Shown in pieces: positions 49,632 to 59,894 of a stretch of 64,000 nt of DNA. This DNA is from Candidatus Omnitrophota bacterium (GTDB taxonomy: Bacteria > Omnitrophota > Gorgyraeia > 2-01-FULL-45-10). Position 1 is the first letter of the stretch; every line of letters starts with the position of its first letter. The notes below the pieces were generated by a model. It had not been told where the DNA came from and searched no databases. It saw only the letters and a program-made list of their open reading frames with translations. The translations under genes and the position numbers were made by a program. The stretch is from the NCBI GenBank assembly GCA_017993955.1, contig JAGOLR010000003.1, positions 6,878 through 70,877 on the forward strand. The letters run 5' to 3'.

Positions 49632-51434
49632 ATGAAAAAAAATAAAATATCGTTAGTTTTAGGATATCTGGGTAAGTACAGGAGTCTTTCAGTATCTATA
49701 TTCCTGTTTGTTGCTTTTGGGTCTTTTTTGGAGGTTTTTAGCGTAGGGCTTTTATTGCCTATTCTGCAGGGCATGATGGGGAGCCAGAATATATTTAACG
49801 GAATTCCAGTTCTTAGGTGTTTAAATAGTTTTTTTAACGGATGGGACAGGAAAGATCTATTAACATTTTTGCTTCTGGCTTTCTTTATTATATTTACCTT
49901 AAAAAACATGGTATTTTATATGGGCAATGTCATAATATCAAAACAGCGTTTTCTTTTGACTCGGGACCTTCAGAAAGAATTTTTTGATAAGCTTATGCAC
50001 GCGGGGGTGTCCTTTTATGACTCCATCAAATCAGGTCATGTTGTAAATAGTATATATAATGAAACGGTACGAATCGGGAATTTTATAAACTGCACTTTAA
50101 GAGTATTTGCGATGTTCGTTAGGATGTTCGTGAATGCCGTTATTTTATTTATTATATCTTGGCAATTCACTATATTGGCGCTTTTAGCTTTTTTCGCTAT
50201 ACGTTTTCCGCTCCATATTATAATGAATAGGATAAGGGAGACAGGGATAATGGTTAACAAAAAAATAGCGGATTTGACATTTACTATGCTTGAAGCCATA
50301 AATGGCATACGCATAATAAAGATATTCTCTGGCGAAGATAAAGAACGCGCAAAATTCGCAGAAGCCGTGCAAACCACCTATAACCTTCATTACGCGAATA
50401 TAAAAAACGCTGAATCAATATTGCCGCTTACGCAAATTGCTTTTTTCGGTATATTTATAATATTTTTTCTGGTTCTTTTGCGGACAATTACTATGGATCT
50501 GGCGAAGATCATTCCTTATGTAGCAGCCTATCTCTATGTATCAAAGAATGTTCTTACCGATTTTGGCGCCTTGCAGGACCGCAGGGCGGAAGCGTTAAGT
50601 TATTTGGGGGCTCTGGATTCTTATAATGAGATGACGCAGAAGATAGATGCTGCTGTTATGCCGGATGGCGCTAGGGAGTTTGTCAGGATAAATAAAGAGA
50701 TCCGTTTTGATAATGTGTCATTCGGTTATAATGCGGATAAGAAAGTCCTTGATGGTCTGTCTTTTTCTATACCAAAGAACAAGACTACGGCTTTGGTCGG
50801 TTCTTCGGGTAGCGGTAAAACCACGCTTGCCTATCTCTTGTTGAGATTCTATGATGCCGTTAATGGCAGGGTGCTAGTGGATGACTGTGATATTCGGGAG
50901 CTTTCCATGAAATCGTGGAGGTCTAAGATAGGTTTTGTCTCTCAGGATGTATTTATTTTTAACGCGTCTGCTAAGGAAAATATAACTTATGGAAAGCCTG
51001 ATGCTACCGATGCTCAAGTCCGGTCTGCGGCCATGACAGCAGAAATTGATACTTACATATCTGGATTGCCCAATGGATACGATACCATTCTTGGAGAAAG
51101 AGGTATCAAGCTGTCTGGAGGACAACGCCAGAGGATATCCATAGCCAGGGCATTAATACAGAACCCGGAAATCCTTATACTTGATGAAGCTACCAGCCAT
51201 CTCGATACAAAAACTGAGCGGCAGATACAGAGAGCTATAGAAAAATTATCAAAAGACCGCACTGTAATTGTTATAGCCCATAGACTTTCCACTATATTGG
51301 AAGCAGATAATATACTTGTTTTAGGTTCTGGGAAGATATTGGAAAGCGGAAAGCATGCCGACCTCATAAGATCAGGTGGACAGTATAAAAATCTTTACGA
51401 GACACAATTTGAGACAGCAGCACGGAACAGTTAA
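49632..51434 (+). CDS. ABC transporter, fused permease/ATPase (type I exporter, MsbA/PglK-like)
   Basis: N-terminal 6-TM region, Walker A 'GSSGSGKTT', signature 'LSGGQRQRISIARAL' and Walker B 'ILILDEATSHLD'. Confidence 0.9.
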   Translation: MKKNKISLVLGYLGKYRSLSVSIFLFVAFGSFLEVFSVGLLLPILQGMMGSQNIFNGIPVLRCLNSFFNGWDRKDLLTFLLLAFFIIFTLKNMVFYMGNVIISKQRFLLTRDLQKEFFDKLMHAGVSFYDSIKSGHVVNSIYNETVRIGNFINCTLRVFAMFVRMFVNAVILFIISWQFTILALLAFFAIRFPLHIIMNRIRETGIMVNKKIADLTFTMLEAINGIRIIKIFSGEDKERAKFAEAVQTTYNLHYANIKNAESILPLTQIAFFGIFIIFFLVLLRTITMDLAKIIPYVAAYLYVSKNVLTDFGALQDRRAEALSYLGALDSYNEMTQKIDAAVMPDGAREFVRINKEIRFDNVSFGYNADKKVLDGLSFSIPKNKTTALVGSSGSGKTTLAYLLLRFYDAVNGRVLVDDCDIRELSMKSWRSKIGFVSQDVFIFNASAKENITYGKPDATDAQVRSAAMTAEIDTYISGLPNGYDTILGERGIKLSGGQRQRISIARALIQNPEILILDEATSHLDTKTERQIQRAIEKLSKDRTVIVIAHRLSTILEADNILVLGSGKILESGKHADLIRSGGQYKNLYETQFETAARNS

Positions 51435-51470
51435 TCGGGCAACCAGTTTATATAAGATCATGGTGAAAAT

Positions 51471-53009
51471 TTGAAGATTACATTGATTTCTCCATATTCA
51501 GATGTGCAATCATTCGGATTGCGTTCCATGTCTTCATGCATTAAAAAAAATGGACATGAAACTCAAATATTGTTTTTGGTGAATCATTTTTCGCGCCCAT
51601 ATAGTAATGAAGTACTTGAAGAAGCGGTCAAGGCATCAAGCGGTTCGGATCTTATTGGTATATCGCTGATGACTAATTTTTTTGATAACGCTGTCCAGAT
51701 AACCCGCAAGTTTAAAAAGGATCTTAATGTGCCGGTAATTTGGGGAGGCGTTCACCCTACATTAAGACCTAAAGAATGTCTTGATTATGCGGACATCGTC
51801 TGTATCGGTGAAGGCGAAACTACCATTGTTGAAGTTTTGTCTGCATTCGAAGAAAAGAGACCGCTTCGCGGGATTAAGGGCATATGGTTCAAGGATAATG
51901 AAGATATTATCAGGAACGAAATGAGGCCGCTTATAAACGAACTTGATGCCATCCCATTCCCCGATTACGACTACGAGGGTCATTGTATATTGAGCGATGG
52001 GCATATAAGTCCAATGAACTCAAAAGTTCTGAACAAATATACACATGGTGCCTATGTTACTATGTCCACAAGAGGTTGCCCTTTTATATGTACGTATTGT
52101 TGTAATAATTTCTTTCATAAATTATATCAGGGCGAGAAGATAATTAGAAAAAGGACTATCGATAATATAATCAAAGAGCTGGTAACGGCAAAAAATATGT
52201 TCCCATTTATCACAAACATGAGGTTTGAGGATGATTGTTTTTTTGTTTACACTGATGAGGAGATAGAAAAATTTAGCCACAATTATAAAAAAGAAGTAGG
52301 CCTACCTTTATTAATTCCCGGGATATCGCCTTCGACGTTCAGTAGAAATAAGTTATCTATGCTTGCGGATGCCGGACTTCGCTGGATAAGAATGGGTATA
52401 CAAACAGGCAGTGAGCGGACTAAACAAATGTACAAGCGTGTCTATTCTAATGAAAAGGTCGCCGATGTTATTAAAACTATCAATGAATTCAAGGACAGGA
52501 TAATGTTGCCTAGTTACGATGTTATTCTGGATAATCCATGGGAAACGGACGAAGACCTTACTGACACTCTGCTCTTCTTGTCGGCCCTTCCCGTTCCATA
52601 TAAGCTAAACCTCTTTTCGCTTGTATTTTACCCTGAAACAGAATTGTATGAGAAGGCGAAGAGGGACGGCATTATTCGAGATGATCTTAATGATGTGTAC
52701 CGGAAATATGTGGCGGGCTGTAAAAAAACCTATGTAAACAATTTGTTCTTTCTCTTGAACGATTATGCTTCGGTAGGGAAACGTTTGCCTCCTGGCGCAA
52801 TTAAGTTGCTTACGGACCAGAAACTTAGGTGTTTGAAGCTGAGTTGGATTATATATGTTTTCTTTAAGATTCGCATCCTTCTTTCCTTCCGGAGGTTATG
52901 GAGAGTCAGCTATTATCTAAGTGAAGCTATGAAAGACATGAAGAAAGGTGAATATGCAAGAATTAAAAGGTTCTTTGGTATAGTGCGCCTGAAAAAGGAG
53001 GGGCAATGA
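51471..53009 (+). CDS. B12-binding domain radical SAM protein (TTG start; the exact start is uncertain)
   Basis: 'STRGCPFICTYCCNNF' and N-terminal 'KITLISPYSDVQSFGLRSM'. Confidence 0.7.
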   Translation: MKITLISPYSDVQSFGLRSMSSCIKKNGHETQILFLVNHFSRPYSNEVLEEAVKASSGSDLIGISLMTNFFDNAVQITRKFKKDLNVPVIWGGVHPTLRPKECLDYADIVCIGEGETTIVEVLSAFEEKRPLRGIKGIWFKDNEDIIRNEMRPLINELDAIPFPDYDYEGHCILSDGHISPMNSKVLNKYTHGAYVTMSTRGCPFICTYCCNNFFHKLYQGEKIIRKRTIDNIIKELVTAKNMFPFITNMRFEDDCFFVYTDEEIEKFSHNYKKEVGLPLLIPGISPSTFSRNKLSMLADAGLRWIRMGIQTGSERTKQMYKRVYSNEKVADVIKTINEFKDRIMLPSYDVILDNPWETDEDLTDTLLFLSALPVPYKLNLFSLVFYPETELYEKAKRDGIIRDDLNDVYRKYVAGCKKTYVNNLFFLLNDYASVGKRLPPGAIKLLTDQKLRCLKLSWIIYVFFKIRILLSFRRLWRVSYYLSEAMKDMKKGEYARIKRFFGIVRLKKEGQ

Positions 53010-53773
53010 CGTTAAAGGCAAGATTGCGGTCCGGTAAGCTTACCATAGGTTCATGGATAACGATAGGAAATTTGTCTGTGGCCGAGATCATGGCTCGCGC
53101 GGGATTCGACTGGCTGGCTATCGACATGGAGCATTCGGCTATAACGCTTGATAAAGCTCAAGAGCTCATCCAGGTCATCGGGCTATGCGGCACTCCGGCG
53201 CTTGTCAGAGTCGGAGAAAATGACCCGGTTGTCATAAAACGGGTCATGGATGCCGGAGCGCAAGGGGTTATTGTCCCAATGATAAATTCTGCCCGGGACG
53301 CTCTGGCGGCGGTGCGCGCGGTCAAGTACCCGCCTATGGGGACGCGTGGCGTAGGCCTTGCGCGGGCGCAGGGATACGGACTGGGTTTTTCGGCCTATGC
53401 CGGATGGGTGAACAGAGGAAGTATCGTGATAGCGCAGATCGAGCATATTACGGCTGTCGATAATCTGGACGAGATCCTGGCTGTTGACGGCATAGACGCG
53501 TTCATCGTTGGGCCGTATGACCTGTCCGCATCGATGGGCATACCGGGAAAATTCGAAGATTTGCGGGTCAAGAACGCCCTTTCCAGGATCATGCGGACGG
53601 CAAAGGTCCATAAAGCGGTCGCTGGATTTCATGTCATACCGCCTAATGCGAAGGAAGTGTTGAAGAAAGTGCGGGAAGGTTACAGATTTGTTGGGTTCAG
53701 TCTTGATACACTCTTTCTGGGAGCGAAGTGCAGAGATGAATTCTCATTATTAAAGGACGGGTTAAAAAGATGA
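53006..53773 (+). CDS. HpcH/HpaI-family class II (pyruvate-dependent) aldolase
   Basis: 'GSWITIGNLSVAEIMARAGFDWLAIDMEHS' and 'VIVPMINSARDA' match the 2-keto-3-deoxy-acid aldolase family. Confidence 0.8.
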   Translation: MTLKARLRSGKLTIGSWITIGNLSVAEIMARAGFDWLAIDMEHSAITLDKAQELIQVIGLCGTPALVRVGENDPVVIKRVMDAGAQGVIVPMINSARDALAAVRAVKYPPMGTRGVGLARAQGYGLGFSAYAGWVNRGSIVIAQIEHITAVDNLDEILAVDGIDAFIVGPYDLSASMGIPGKFEDLRVKNALSRIMRTAKVHKAVAGFHVIPPNAKEVLKKVREGYRFVGFSLDTLFLGAKCRDEFSLLKDGLKR

Positions 53774-54537
53774 ATATAATCGGAATCATACCCGCGCGTA
53801 TGTCCTCAAGTCGCTTTCCCGGCAAACCTTTGGCAGAGATCGCCGGCATCCCGATGATAGGGCATGTCTATTACCGCAGTACGATGAGCAAGATGTTGGA
53901 CCGGGTCTATATTGCAACATGTGACGATGAGATTAGAAGATATGCCGTTTCGATAGGCGCCGGGGTCATTATGACGGGCGCTCACCATCAGCGGGCTTCG
54001 GACAGGGCTGCGGAGGCGATGTTGAAGATCGAGCGACAAAATGGCAAGAAGGTAAGCGTTGTCGTCATGATACAGGGTGATGAACCGATGCTTACCCCGC
54101 AAATGATAGATCTTGCGGTGAAGCCTATGGTGAAAAACAGACGGATACAGGTGGTTAATCTTATGTCGCCAATGAAGGATGTCTGCGAGCATGAAGACCC
54201 CAACGAAGTCAAGGTGGTCGTGGATAAGGAAGGTTATGCGCTCTATTTTTCCAGAGAGCCGATACCTTCAAGAAAGAAAGGTGCGACGCGAATCCCTATG
54301 CTGAAGCAGGTCTGTATAATACCCTTTAGGAGGGATTTTCTGATCAGATTTAATAAGCTTACCCCGACACCGCTAGAGATAATCGAATCTGTGGATATGC
54401 TGAGAGTGCTTGAGCATGGATATAAGGTAAAGATGGTGATGAGCCTGAATGATACGTACAGCGTCGATACGCTGGACGACCTGCGATGCGTGGCGAAACA
54501 TCTCATAAGAGATCCTCTAGTGAAGAGATACGCATAA
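53770..54537 (+). CDS. kdsB: 3-deoxy-manno-octulosonate cytidylyltransferase-like (CMP-Kdo synthetase family, KdsB-like)
   Basis: 'IIGIIPARMSSSRFPGKPL', 'IQGDEPM' and 'VKVVVDKEGYALYFSREPIP' are collinear with E. coli KdsB. Confidence 0.8.
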   Translation: MNIIGIIPARMSSSRFPGKPLAEIAGIPMIGHVYYRSTMSKMLDRVYIATCDDEIRRYAVSIGAGVIMTGAHHQRASDRAAEAMLKIERQNGKKVSVVVMIQGDEPMLTPQMIDLAVKPMVKNRRIQVVNLMSPMKDVCEHEDPNEVKVVVDKEGYALYFSREPIPSRKKGATRIPMLKQVCIIPFRRDFLIRFNKLTPTPLEIIESVDMLRVLEHGYKVKMVMSLNDTYSVDTLDDLRCVAKHLIRDPLVKRYA

Positions 54538-54551
54538 GAGAGGCGCGTGCT

Positions 54552-55490
54552 ATGGATGCCGGAAAAAGTTCAACAGTCCCTGCGAAATGCGAACTCTGTG
54601 ATGCTTCGATACGCAAGCCCTCGATTATCGGTAATGATGTATACGGCGGCAGCGCGGATCAAAAATTCTACCGGTGCCCGCACTGCGACGTAGCTTTTTT
54701 ATATCCCCGCATGAGCGAGAAGGATGAAAAACGTTTTTATGCTCAGGAATTCGAAAGATTTATGGAGAAACGCGCCGGAAAAGATTTTGATTGGAGAGGC
54801 CCGGAGGCCCATATCCAGTCGAATCAGAAGCAATACGCGAGGCGCCTTCCGTTCTTTGAGGAGCTTCTGTCGCCGTCCTTGAGCGTTCTCGAAGTAGGTT
54901 GCTCATCCGGTTTTATGCTCTTGCCGTTGAAAGAACGGGGATTGGATGTAGTAGGGATAGAGCCATCCGGAGGTTTTTCCGGATTTTTGAAACAGAAAGG
55001 CATAGATGTCTATAGTTCTATGCAGGACTTAAAAGACAGTGCCGTAGACGTGAAAGAGTTTGACCTGGTGATGCATTTTTTTGTTCTGGAGCATATGCGA
55101 GATCCGGTAAAATTCATGCGAGATACGCTTGGATTTTTAAAACCAGGTGGTGTCATGATATGCGAGGTCCCAAGCAGAAGCGATCCGCTGCTTACCATAT
55201 ATAATATCCCGGCATTTCATAAGTTCTACTGGTCTGTGGCACATAATTATTATTTTAATCGTCCATCACTGGAATATGTTTTATATCAAGTGTGCGATGA
55301 TTTCGAAATTCTGCCGGAACAGCGTTACGACATATCCAATCATATGACATGGGCATTGGAAGGAAAACCCGGGGGGCAGGGGAAATATACGTCGTTTTTT
55401 ACGCCCGAACTGGAAAGCTCTTATCTGGAGAGTATGAAGAGGACCGGACACTGTGATACGATGGTAGTCCGCATTTGTAAAAAAGGATAA
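54552..55490 (+). CDS. SAM-dependent methyltransferase with an N-terminal CxxC...CxxC zinc-ribbon (C-methyltransferase-like architecture); alternative start at 54486
   Basis: 'CELCDAS...YRCPHCDVAF' and 'VLEVGCSSGFML', 'FDLVMHFFVLEHMRDP'. Confidence 0.7.
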   Translation: MDAGKSSTVPAKCELCDASIRKPSIIGNDVYGGSADQKFYRCPHCDVAFLYPRMSEKDEKRFYAQEFERFMEKRAGKDFDWRGPEAHIQSNQKQYARRLPFFEELLSPSLSVLEVGCSSGFMLLPLKERGLDVVGIEPSGGFSGFLKQKGIDVYSSMQDLKDSAVDVKEFDLVMHFFVLEHMRDPVKFMRDTLGFLKPGGVMICEVPSRSDPLLTIYNIPAFHKFYWSVAHNYYFNRPSLEYVLYQVCDDFEILPEQRYDISNHMTWALEGKPGGQGKYTSFFTPELESSYLESMKRTGHCDTMVVRICKKG

Positions 55491-55495
55491 ATGAT

Positions 55496-56461
55496 ATGAG
55501 AGCGGCATTGGTTACCGGAGGAGCTGGTTTTATAGGGTCACATTTGTCGGAAAGGCTTCTGAGAGAAGGGTGGAAGGTCTATGTGGTTGATAACCTCTCG
55601 ACCGGTTTTAAAGAGAACATCCCTGCGGGGGCCGAATTTGTCTTTCTTGATCTTTCGAAAGATGATTTTGCGCAATCGCTTCCCCGAATCCGATTTGATG
55701 CTGTTTTTCACCTGGCCGCGCAATCTTCGGGAGAGATCTCGTTTGATGACCCTGTCTACGACTTGAAGACCAATTGTCTGAGCACTCTTATATTGCTCGA
55801 TTGGTGTGTGAAACATGGTATTAAGCGGTTTCTCTATACCAGTTCTATGTCGATATACGGGGACCAGGAGCAGCAGCCCGTGAGAGAAGATGCGCCTTTT
55901 GCGGCAAAATCTTTTTATGGTGCAGGCAAGCTGGCTTCTGAAAGCTATGTGAATATCTACTCGAAGATGGGCATTGACACCACATCGCTGCGCCTTTTCA
56001 ATGTGTATGGACCGGGTCAGAATATGCAGAATCTCAGGCAAGGCATGGTCAGTATATTCATGGCGTATATACTCAAGAAGGAAGAGATACTTGTCAAGGG
56101 CTCGCCCGATCGTTACAGAGATTTTGTCTATATTGACGATGTTGTTGAGGCGTATATGAAGTGCCTTACGAACACACGGACGTTCGGGAAGACGTATAAT
56201 GTAGCTTCGGGCGAACGGAATTATGTGCGTGATCTTATCGAACTCGAACTCAAAGCATTCGGGTATGACTCGGCCGCCTATCCGGTCAGATATAGCGGAA
56301 CGACGCCAGGCGATACTTTCGGCATATTCGCCGATACCGCGGCCATTCAAATGGATACGGGATGGAGCCCGAGGTTTTCTCTGGCGGAAGGGCTGAAGAG
56401 GATGTCTGAATGGGCTATCTCGGCCAAGCAAATATCTACAGCGCCCCGGAGGCATAAATGA
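55496..56461 (+). CDS. NAD-dependent sugar epimerase/dehydratase (GalE-like SDR)
   Basis: '[19 protein letters not shown]' and '[11 protein letters not shown]'. Confidence 0.75.
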   Translation: MRAALVTGGAGFIGSHLSERLLREGWKVYVVDNLSTGFKENIPAGAEFVFLDLSKDDFAQSLPRIRFDAVFHLAAQSSGEISFDDPVYDLKTNCLSTLILLDWCVKHGIKRFLYTSSMSIYGDQEQQPVREDAPFAAKSFYGAGKLASESYVNIYSKMGIDTTSLRLFNVYGPGQNMQNLRQGMVSIFMAYILKKEEILVKGSPDRYRDFVYIDDVVEAYMKCLTNTRTFGKTYNVASGERNYVRDLIELELKAFGYDSAAYPVRYSGTTPGDTFGIFADTAAIQMDTGWSPRFSLAEGLKRMSEWAISAKQISTAPRRHK

Positions 56462-57519
56462 AAAAGGCATTGATTACCGGAATAACTGGGCAGGATGGTT
56501 CTTATCTTGCGGAATTTCTTTTGTCGAAGGGTTACGAAGTGCATGGGATTATTCGCCGTTCAAGTAGTTTCAATACTAAGCGGATAGAGCATCTGTACCA
56601 GGATTCGCATCTGCCGGGGACCCGTCTACTGCTGCATTACGGGGATCTATCCGATGAGGGGCAGATAACGGATCTCATATACAATATCCGCCCTGAAGAA
56701 ATATACAATTTGGGGGCCCAGAGTCATGTTAAGGTCAGTTTTGACATGCCTAAATATACGGGCGATGTTGATGCGCTGGGAACGACAAGATTGCTGGAAG
56801 CGATAAGGCGTAGTGGTATAAAGACTAGATTTTATCAGGCGTCATCAAGCGAAATGTTCGGTTCCGCGCCCGCGCCACAGGATGAAACGACTCCTTTTCA
56901 TCCGCGCAGCCCGTATGCCTGCGCAAAAGTGTACAGTTATCATATGACGATCAACTACCGGGAAGCATACGGCTTATTTGCGTGTAACGGCATCCTTTTT
57001 AATCATGAATCTCCACGTCGAGGCAGTACATTTGCAACCAGGAAGATTACTCGCGGTCTGGCCAGGATCCGCGCCGGATTGGATAAGAAGATATATCTCG
57101 GCAATCTGGAATCGAAGAGAGATTGGGGATTCGCTCCCGAATATGTAGAGGCAATGTGGATGATGATGCAGCATGACCGTCCGGATGATTACGTGCTAGG
57201 AACAGGCGAAACTCACTCATTGAAAGAGTTGCTCGAGAACGCATTCGGGTATGTCAATGAGGACTGGAAAAAATATGTAGAGATCGACGCGCGCTATTTT
57301 CGGCCTACGGAAGTCGAGAACCTGCGGGCTAATTCCGCTAAAGCTAAAAAGACGTTCGGATGGAGCCCGAAGATCAAGTTTCCGGAGTTGATTCAGATCA
57401 TGGTAGATTACGATTTTCTGTTCTTGGGAATGGAGCCGCCTGGCAAAGGGTTTGAACTATTAAAACAACAAAATCTGGCCTGGACCGATCATACTCTGCT
57501 CAATGAGGATCACCGATGA
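56458..57519 (+). CDS. gmd: GDP-mannose 4,6-dehydratase
   Basis: '[37 protein letters not shown]' is nearly identical in pattern to E. coli Gmd. Confidence 0.92.
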   Translation: MKKALITGITGQDGSYLAEFLLSKGYEVHGIIRRSSSFNTKRIEHLYQDSHLPGTRLLLHYGDLSDEGQITDLIYNIRPEEIYNLGAQSHVKVSFDMPKYTGDVDALGTTRLLEAIRRSGIKTRFYQASSSEMFGSAPAPQDETTPFHPRSPYACAKVYSYHMTINYREAYGLFACNGILFNHESPRRGSTFATRKITRGLARIRAGLDKKIYLGNLESKRDWGFAPEYVEAMWMMMQHDRPDDYVLGTGETHSLKELLENAFGYVNEDWKKYVEIDARYFRPTEVENLRANSAKAKKTFGWSPKIKFPELIQIMVDYDFLFLGMEPPGKGFELLKQQNLAWTDHTLLNEDHR

Positions 57520-58448
57520 TGGAAAGGGAAAGCAGGATATACATTGCCGGTCATAAAGGTCTGGTTGGCAGCGCCCTGATGAGGATGCTGTCGGGACGGG
57601 GCTACCGGAATGTTATTGTGAAGCGGCGCGACGAGCTTGATCTTAGGTGTCAACTATCAGTGAGATCGTTTTTTGAAAAAGAAAGACCTGACTATGTCTT
57701 TCTCGCGGCAGCAAAAGTTGGCGGTATCTGGGCTAATGATTCTTATCCTGCGGATTTTATTTATGACAATGTAATGATACAGAGCAACGTGATTCACGAG
57801 GCATACCGCGCCAACGTAAAGAAACTATTGTTCCTTGGAAGCTCATGCATCTACCCCAGGGATTGCCCTCAGCCTATTAAAGAAAGATATCTTCTTTCCG
57901 GACCTCTTGAAAAAACGAATGAAGCGTATGCTGTGGCGAAAATATGCGGCATAAGGATGTGCCAATCGTATCGAAAACAGTACGGGTGCAATTATATTTC
58001 GGGCATGCCGACAAACTTATATGGACCGAACGACAATTTTGATCTGAAATCGGCTCATGTCATACCTGCACTAATCAGGAAATTTTACGAAGGCAAGGTG
58101 CAAAATAAGCCGAGCGTAGAAATCTGGGGCAGCGGGAACCCGCGTAGGGAGTTTCTTTATGTCGACGATCTTGCTGAGGCCTCTTTGTTCTTGATGGAGC
58201 AGTACAACGAGTCCGAAATAATCAACATAGGCACCAATAAGGATGCCTCGATCATAGAGATTGCCGGTATTATAAAGGAGTGTATCGGTTATAAAGGAGC
58301 GATTGTATGTAACCCCGCCATGCCGGATGGCACCCCTCAAAAGCTCTTAGATGTGACCAGGATCAACGCTCTTGGCTGGGCCGCAAAGACGCTTCTGCAA
58401 GACGGGATACGGAATACGGTAAAGTGGTACACAGAGGAACAGAAGTAA
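57516..58448 (+). CDS. fcl: GDP-L-fucose synthase (GDP-4-keto-6-deoxymannose 3,5-epimerase/4-reductase)
   Basis: '[15 protein letters not shown]', '[11 protein letters not shown]', 'PADFIYDN' and '[10 protein letters not shown]' are collinear with Fcl/WcaG. Confidence 0.9.
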   Translation: MMERESRIYIAGHKGLVGSALMRMLSGRGYRNVIVKRRDELDLRCQLSVRSFFEKERPDYVFLAAAKVGGIWANDSYPADFIYDNVMIQSNVIHEAYRANVKKLLFLGSSCIYPRDCPQPIKERYLLSGPLEKTNEAYAVAKICGIRMCQSYRKQYGCNYISGMPTNLYGPNDNFDLKSAHVIPALIRKFYEGKVQNKPSVEIWGSGNPRREFLYVDDLAEASLFLMEQYNESEIINIGTNKDASIIEIAGIIKECIGYKGAIVCNPAMPDGTPQKLLDVTRINALGWAAKTLLQDGIRNTVKWYTEEQK

Positions 58449-59890
58449 TGCAAGATCTCTTAGACAGCTGCTACTCAGATTATAGGGACAGAAGGGCAGG
58501 GCACTGGGATGCGGTCGCTAGCCACATGGATCATATGTTCCAAGGAGGACGCTATTATCATAAACGATTGGAAGAGATATACCGCTTTTTGGTGCCGCGT
58601 GGACAAAAAGTGCTTGAGATCGGTTGTGGAAATGGCGAGCTCCTTGCATCGCTTGAGCCTTCGAAAGGTGTCGGGATAGATTTTTCTTCGCAAATGATAG
58701 AAAGGGCCAAGAGAAGATATCCTCGCCTTACGTTTTTTCTTATGGATGCGCATGAACTGGCGATAGATGATACATTCGATGTCATAATCCTATCGGATAT
58801 AGTCGATGATCTCTACGATGTGTTGACTGTCTTGCGGCAGCTTAAGAAAGTTTCAAATCCTCGTACAAGAATAATAATTAATTCGTACAGCCGTTTGTGG
58901 GAGCTGCCGCTGAAGCTGGCAAGACTATTAAAATTGAGCAGACCCACTTTGACCCAGAATTGGCTTACGGTCGAAGATATCCGAAATCTTCTCTTTCTTG
59001 CAGATATCGAGGTCGTGCATAAAACCGAAGAGATTCTGGTGCCGGTGCACATTCCTTTTGCCGCCGCTTTTTTCAACCGGTTCCTGGTAAAGATATGGCC
59101 GTTTAATAATCTGGCGCTGACCAATTTTATAATCGCGCGCCCGGTTTCCCGCGTTAGTATCCAGACGGATCAGCCTATGGTGTCGGTTATCGTCCCCGCC
59201 CGCAACGAAGCTGGGAACATACCGAACATAATTGCGCGGGTGCCGGAGATGGGTTCCGGGACCGAGCTTGTATTTGTTGAGGGGTTCTCAAGCGATGATA
59301 CATATGAGGAGATAGAAAAGGCGATTTCTGCGCATCCTGAAAGACGATGTAAACTTTTGAAGCAACCAGGTAAAGGGAAAGGGGACGCTGTTAGGGCGGG
59401 GTTTGCAGCGTCCAGCGGCGATGTCCTTATGATATTAGATGCCGATCTGACCGTTGCGCCAGAAGATCTGAAACGTTTCTACGAAGTATTGATTTTAAAC
59501 AAGGCGGAATTTGTCAATGGAGTGCGACTGGTCTACCCAATGGAAGAGAGATCGATGTATTTCTTTAATTTGTTGGGCAATAAGTTCTTCAGTATTGTTT
59601 TTTCGTGGATCATAGGACAGCCCACAAAAGATACTCTTTGCGGAACAAAAGTTCTATGGCGGTCCGAGTACGAGAGTATCGTCGCGAACAGGGCGTATTT
59701 TGGTGATTTCGATCCTTTTGGTGATTTCGACCTGCTTCTTGGAGCGGCGAAGTTAAACTTGAAGATAGTAGAATTGCCGGTTAGGTACCGCAAAAGAGTT
59801 TATGGAATGACCAACATACAGCGATGGAAACACGGCCTTCTACTGCTAAGGATGTCCATTTTTGCCGCCAAACGTATAAAATTTATATGA
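58448..59890 (+). CDS. bifunctional protein: N-terminal class I SAM methyltransferase fused to a C-terminal GT2 (polyprenol-phosphate/DPM1-like) glycosyltransferase
   Basis: N-terminal 'VLEIGCGNGELLASL' and 'FDVIILSDIVDDL'. C-terminal 'VSVIVPARNEAGNIPNI' and 'LMILDADLTVAPEDL'. TAATG overlap with fcl. Confidence 0.7.
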   Translation: MQDLLDSCYSDYRDRRAGHWDAVASHMDHMFQGGRYYHKRLEEIYRFLVPRGQKVLEIGCGNGELLASLEPSKGVGIDFSSQMIERAKRRYPRLTFFLMDAHELAIDDTFDVIILSDIVDDLYDVLTVLRQLKKVSNPRTRIIINSYSRLWELPLKLARLLKLSRPTLTQNWLTVEDIRNLLFLADIEVVHKTEEILVPVHIPFAAAFFNRFLVKIWPFNNLALTNFIIARPVSRVSIQTDQPMVSVIVPARNEAGNIPNIIARVPEMGSGTELVFVEGFSSDDTYEEIEKAISAHPERRCKLLKQPGKGKGDAVRAGFAASSGDVLMILDADLTVAPEDLKRFYEVLILNKAEFVNGVRLVYPMEERSMYFFNLLGNKFFSIVFSWIIGQPTKDTLCGTKVLWRSEYESIVANRAYFGDFDPFGDFDLLLGAAKLNLKIVELPVRYRKRVYGMTNIQRWKHGLLLLRMSIFAAKRIKFI

Positions 59891-59894
59891 CATC

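Noticed and set aside
55538-56470. 310-aa ORF on the minus strand, the longest minus-strand ORF in the window
   Set aside because: It lies entirely inside the well-supported + strand SDR epimerase gene (55496-56461). Its translation is Arg/Ser/Pro-rich and low-complexity with no recognisable motifs. This is a typical shadow ORF.
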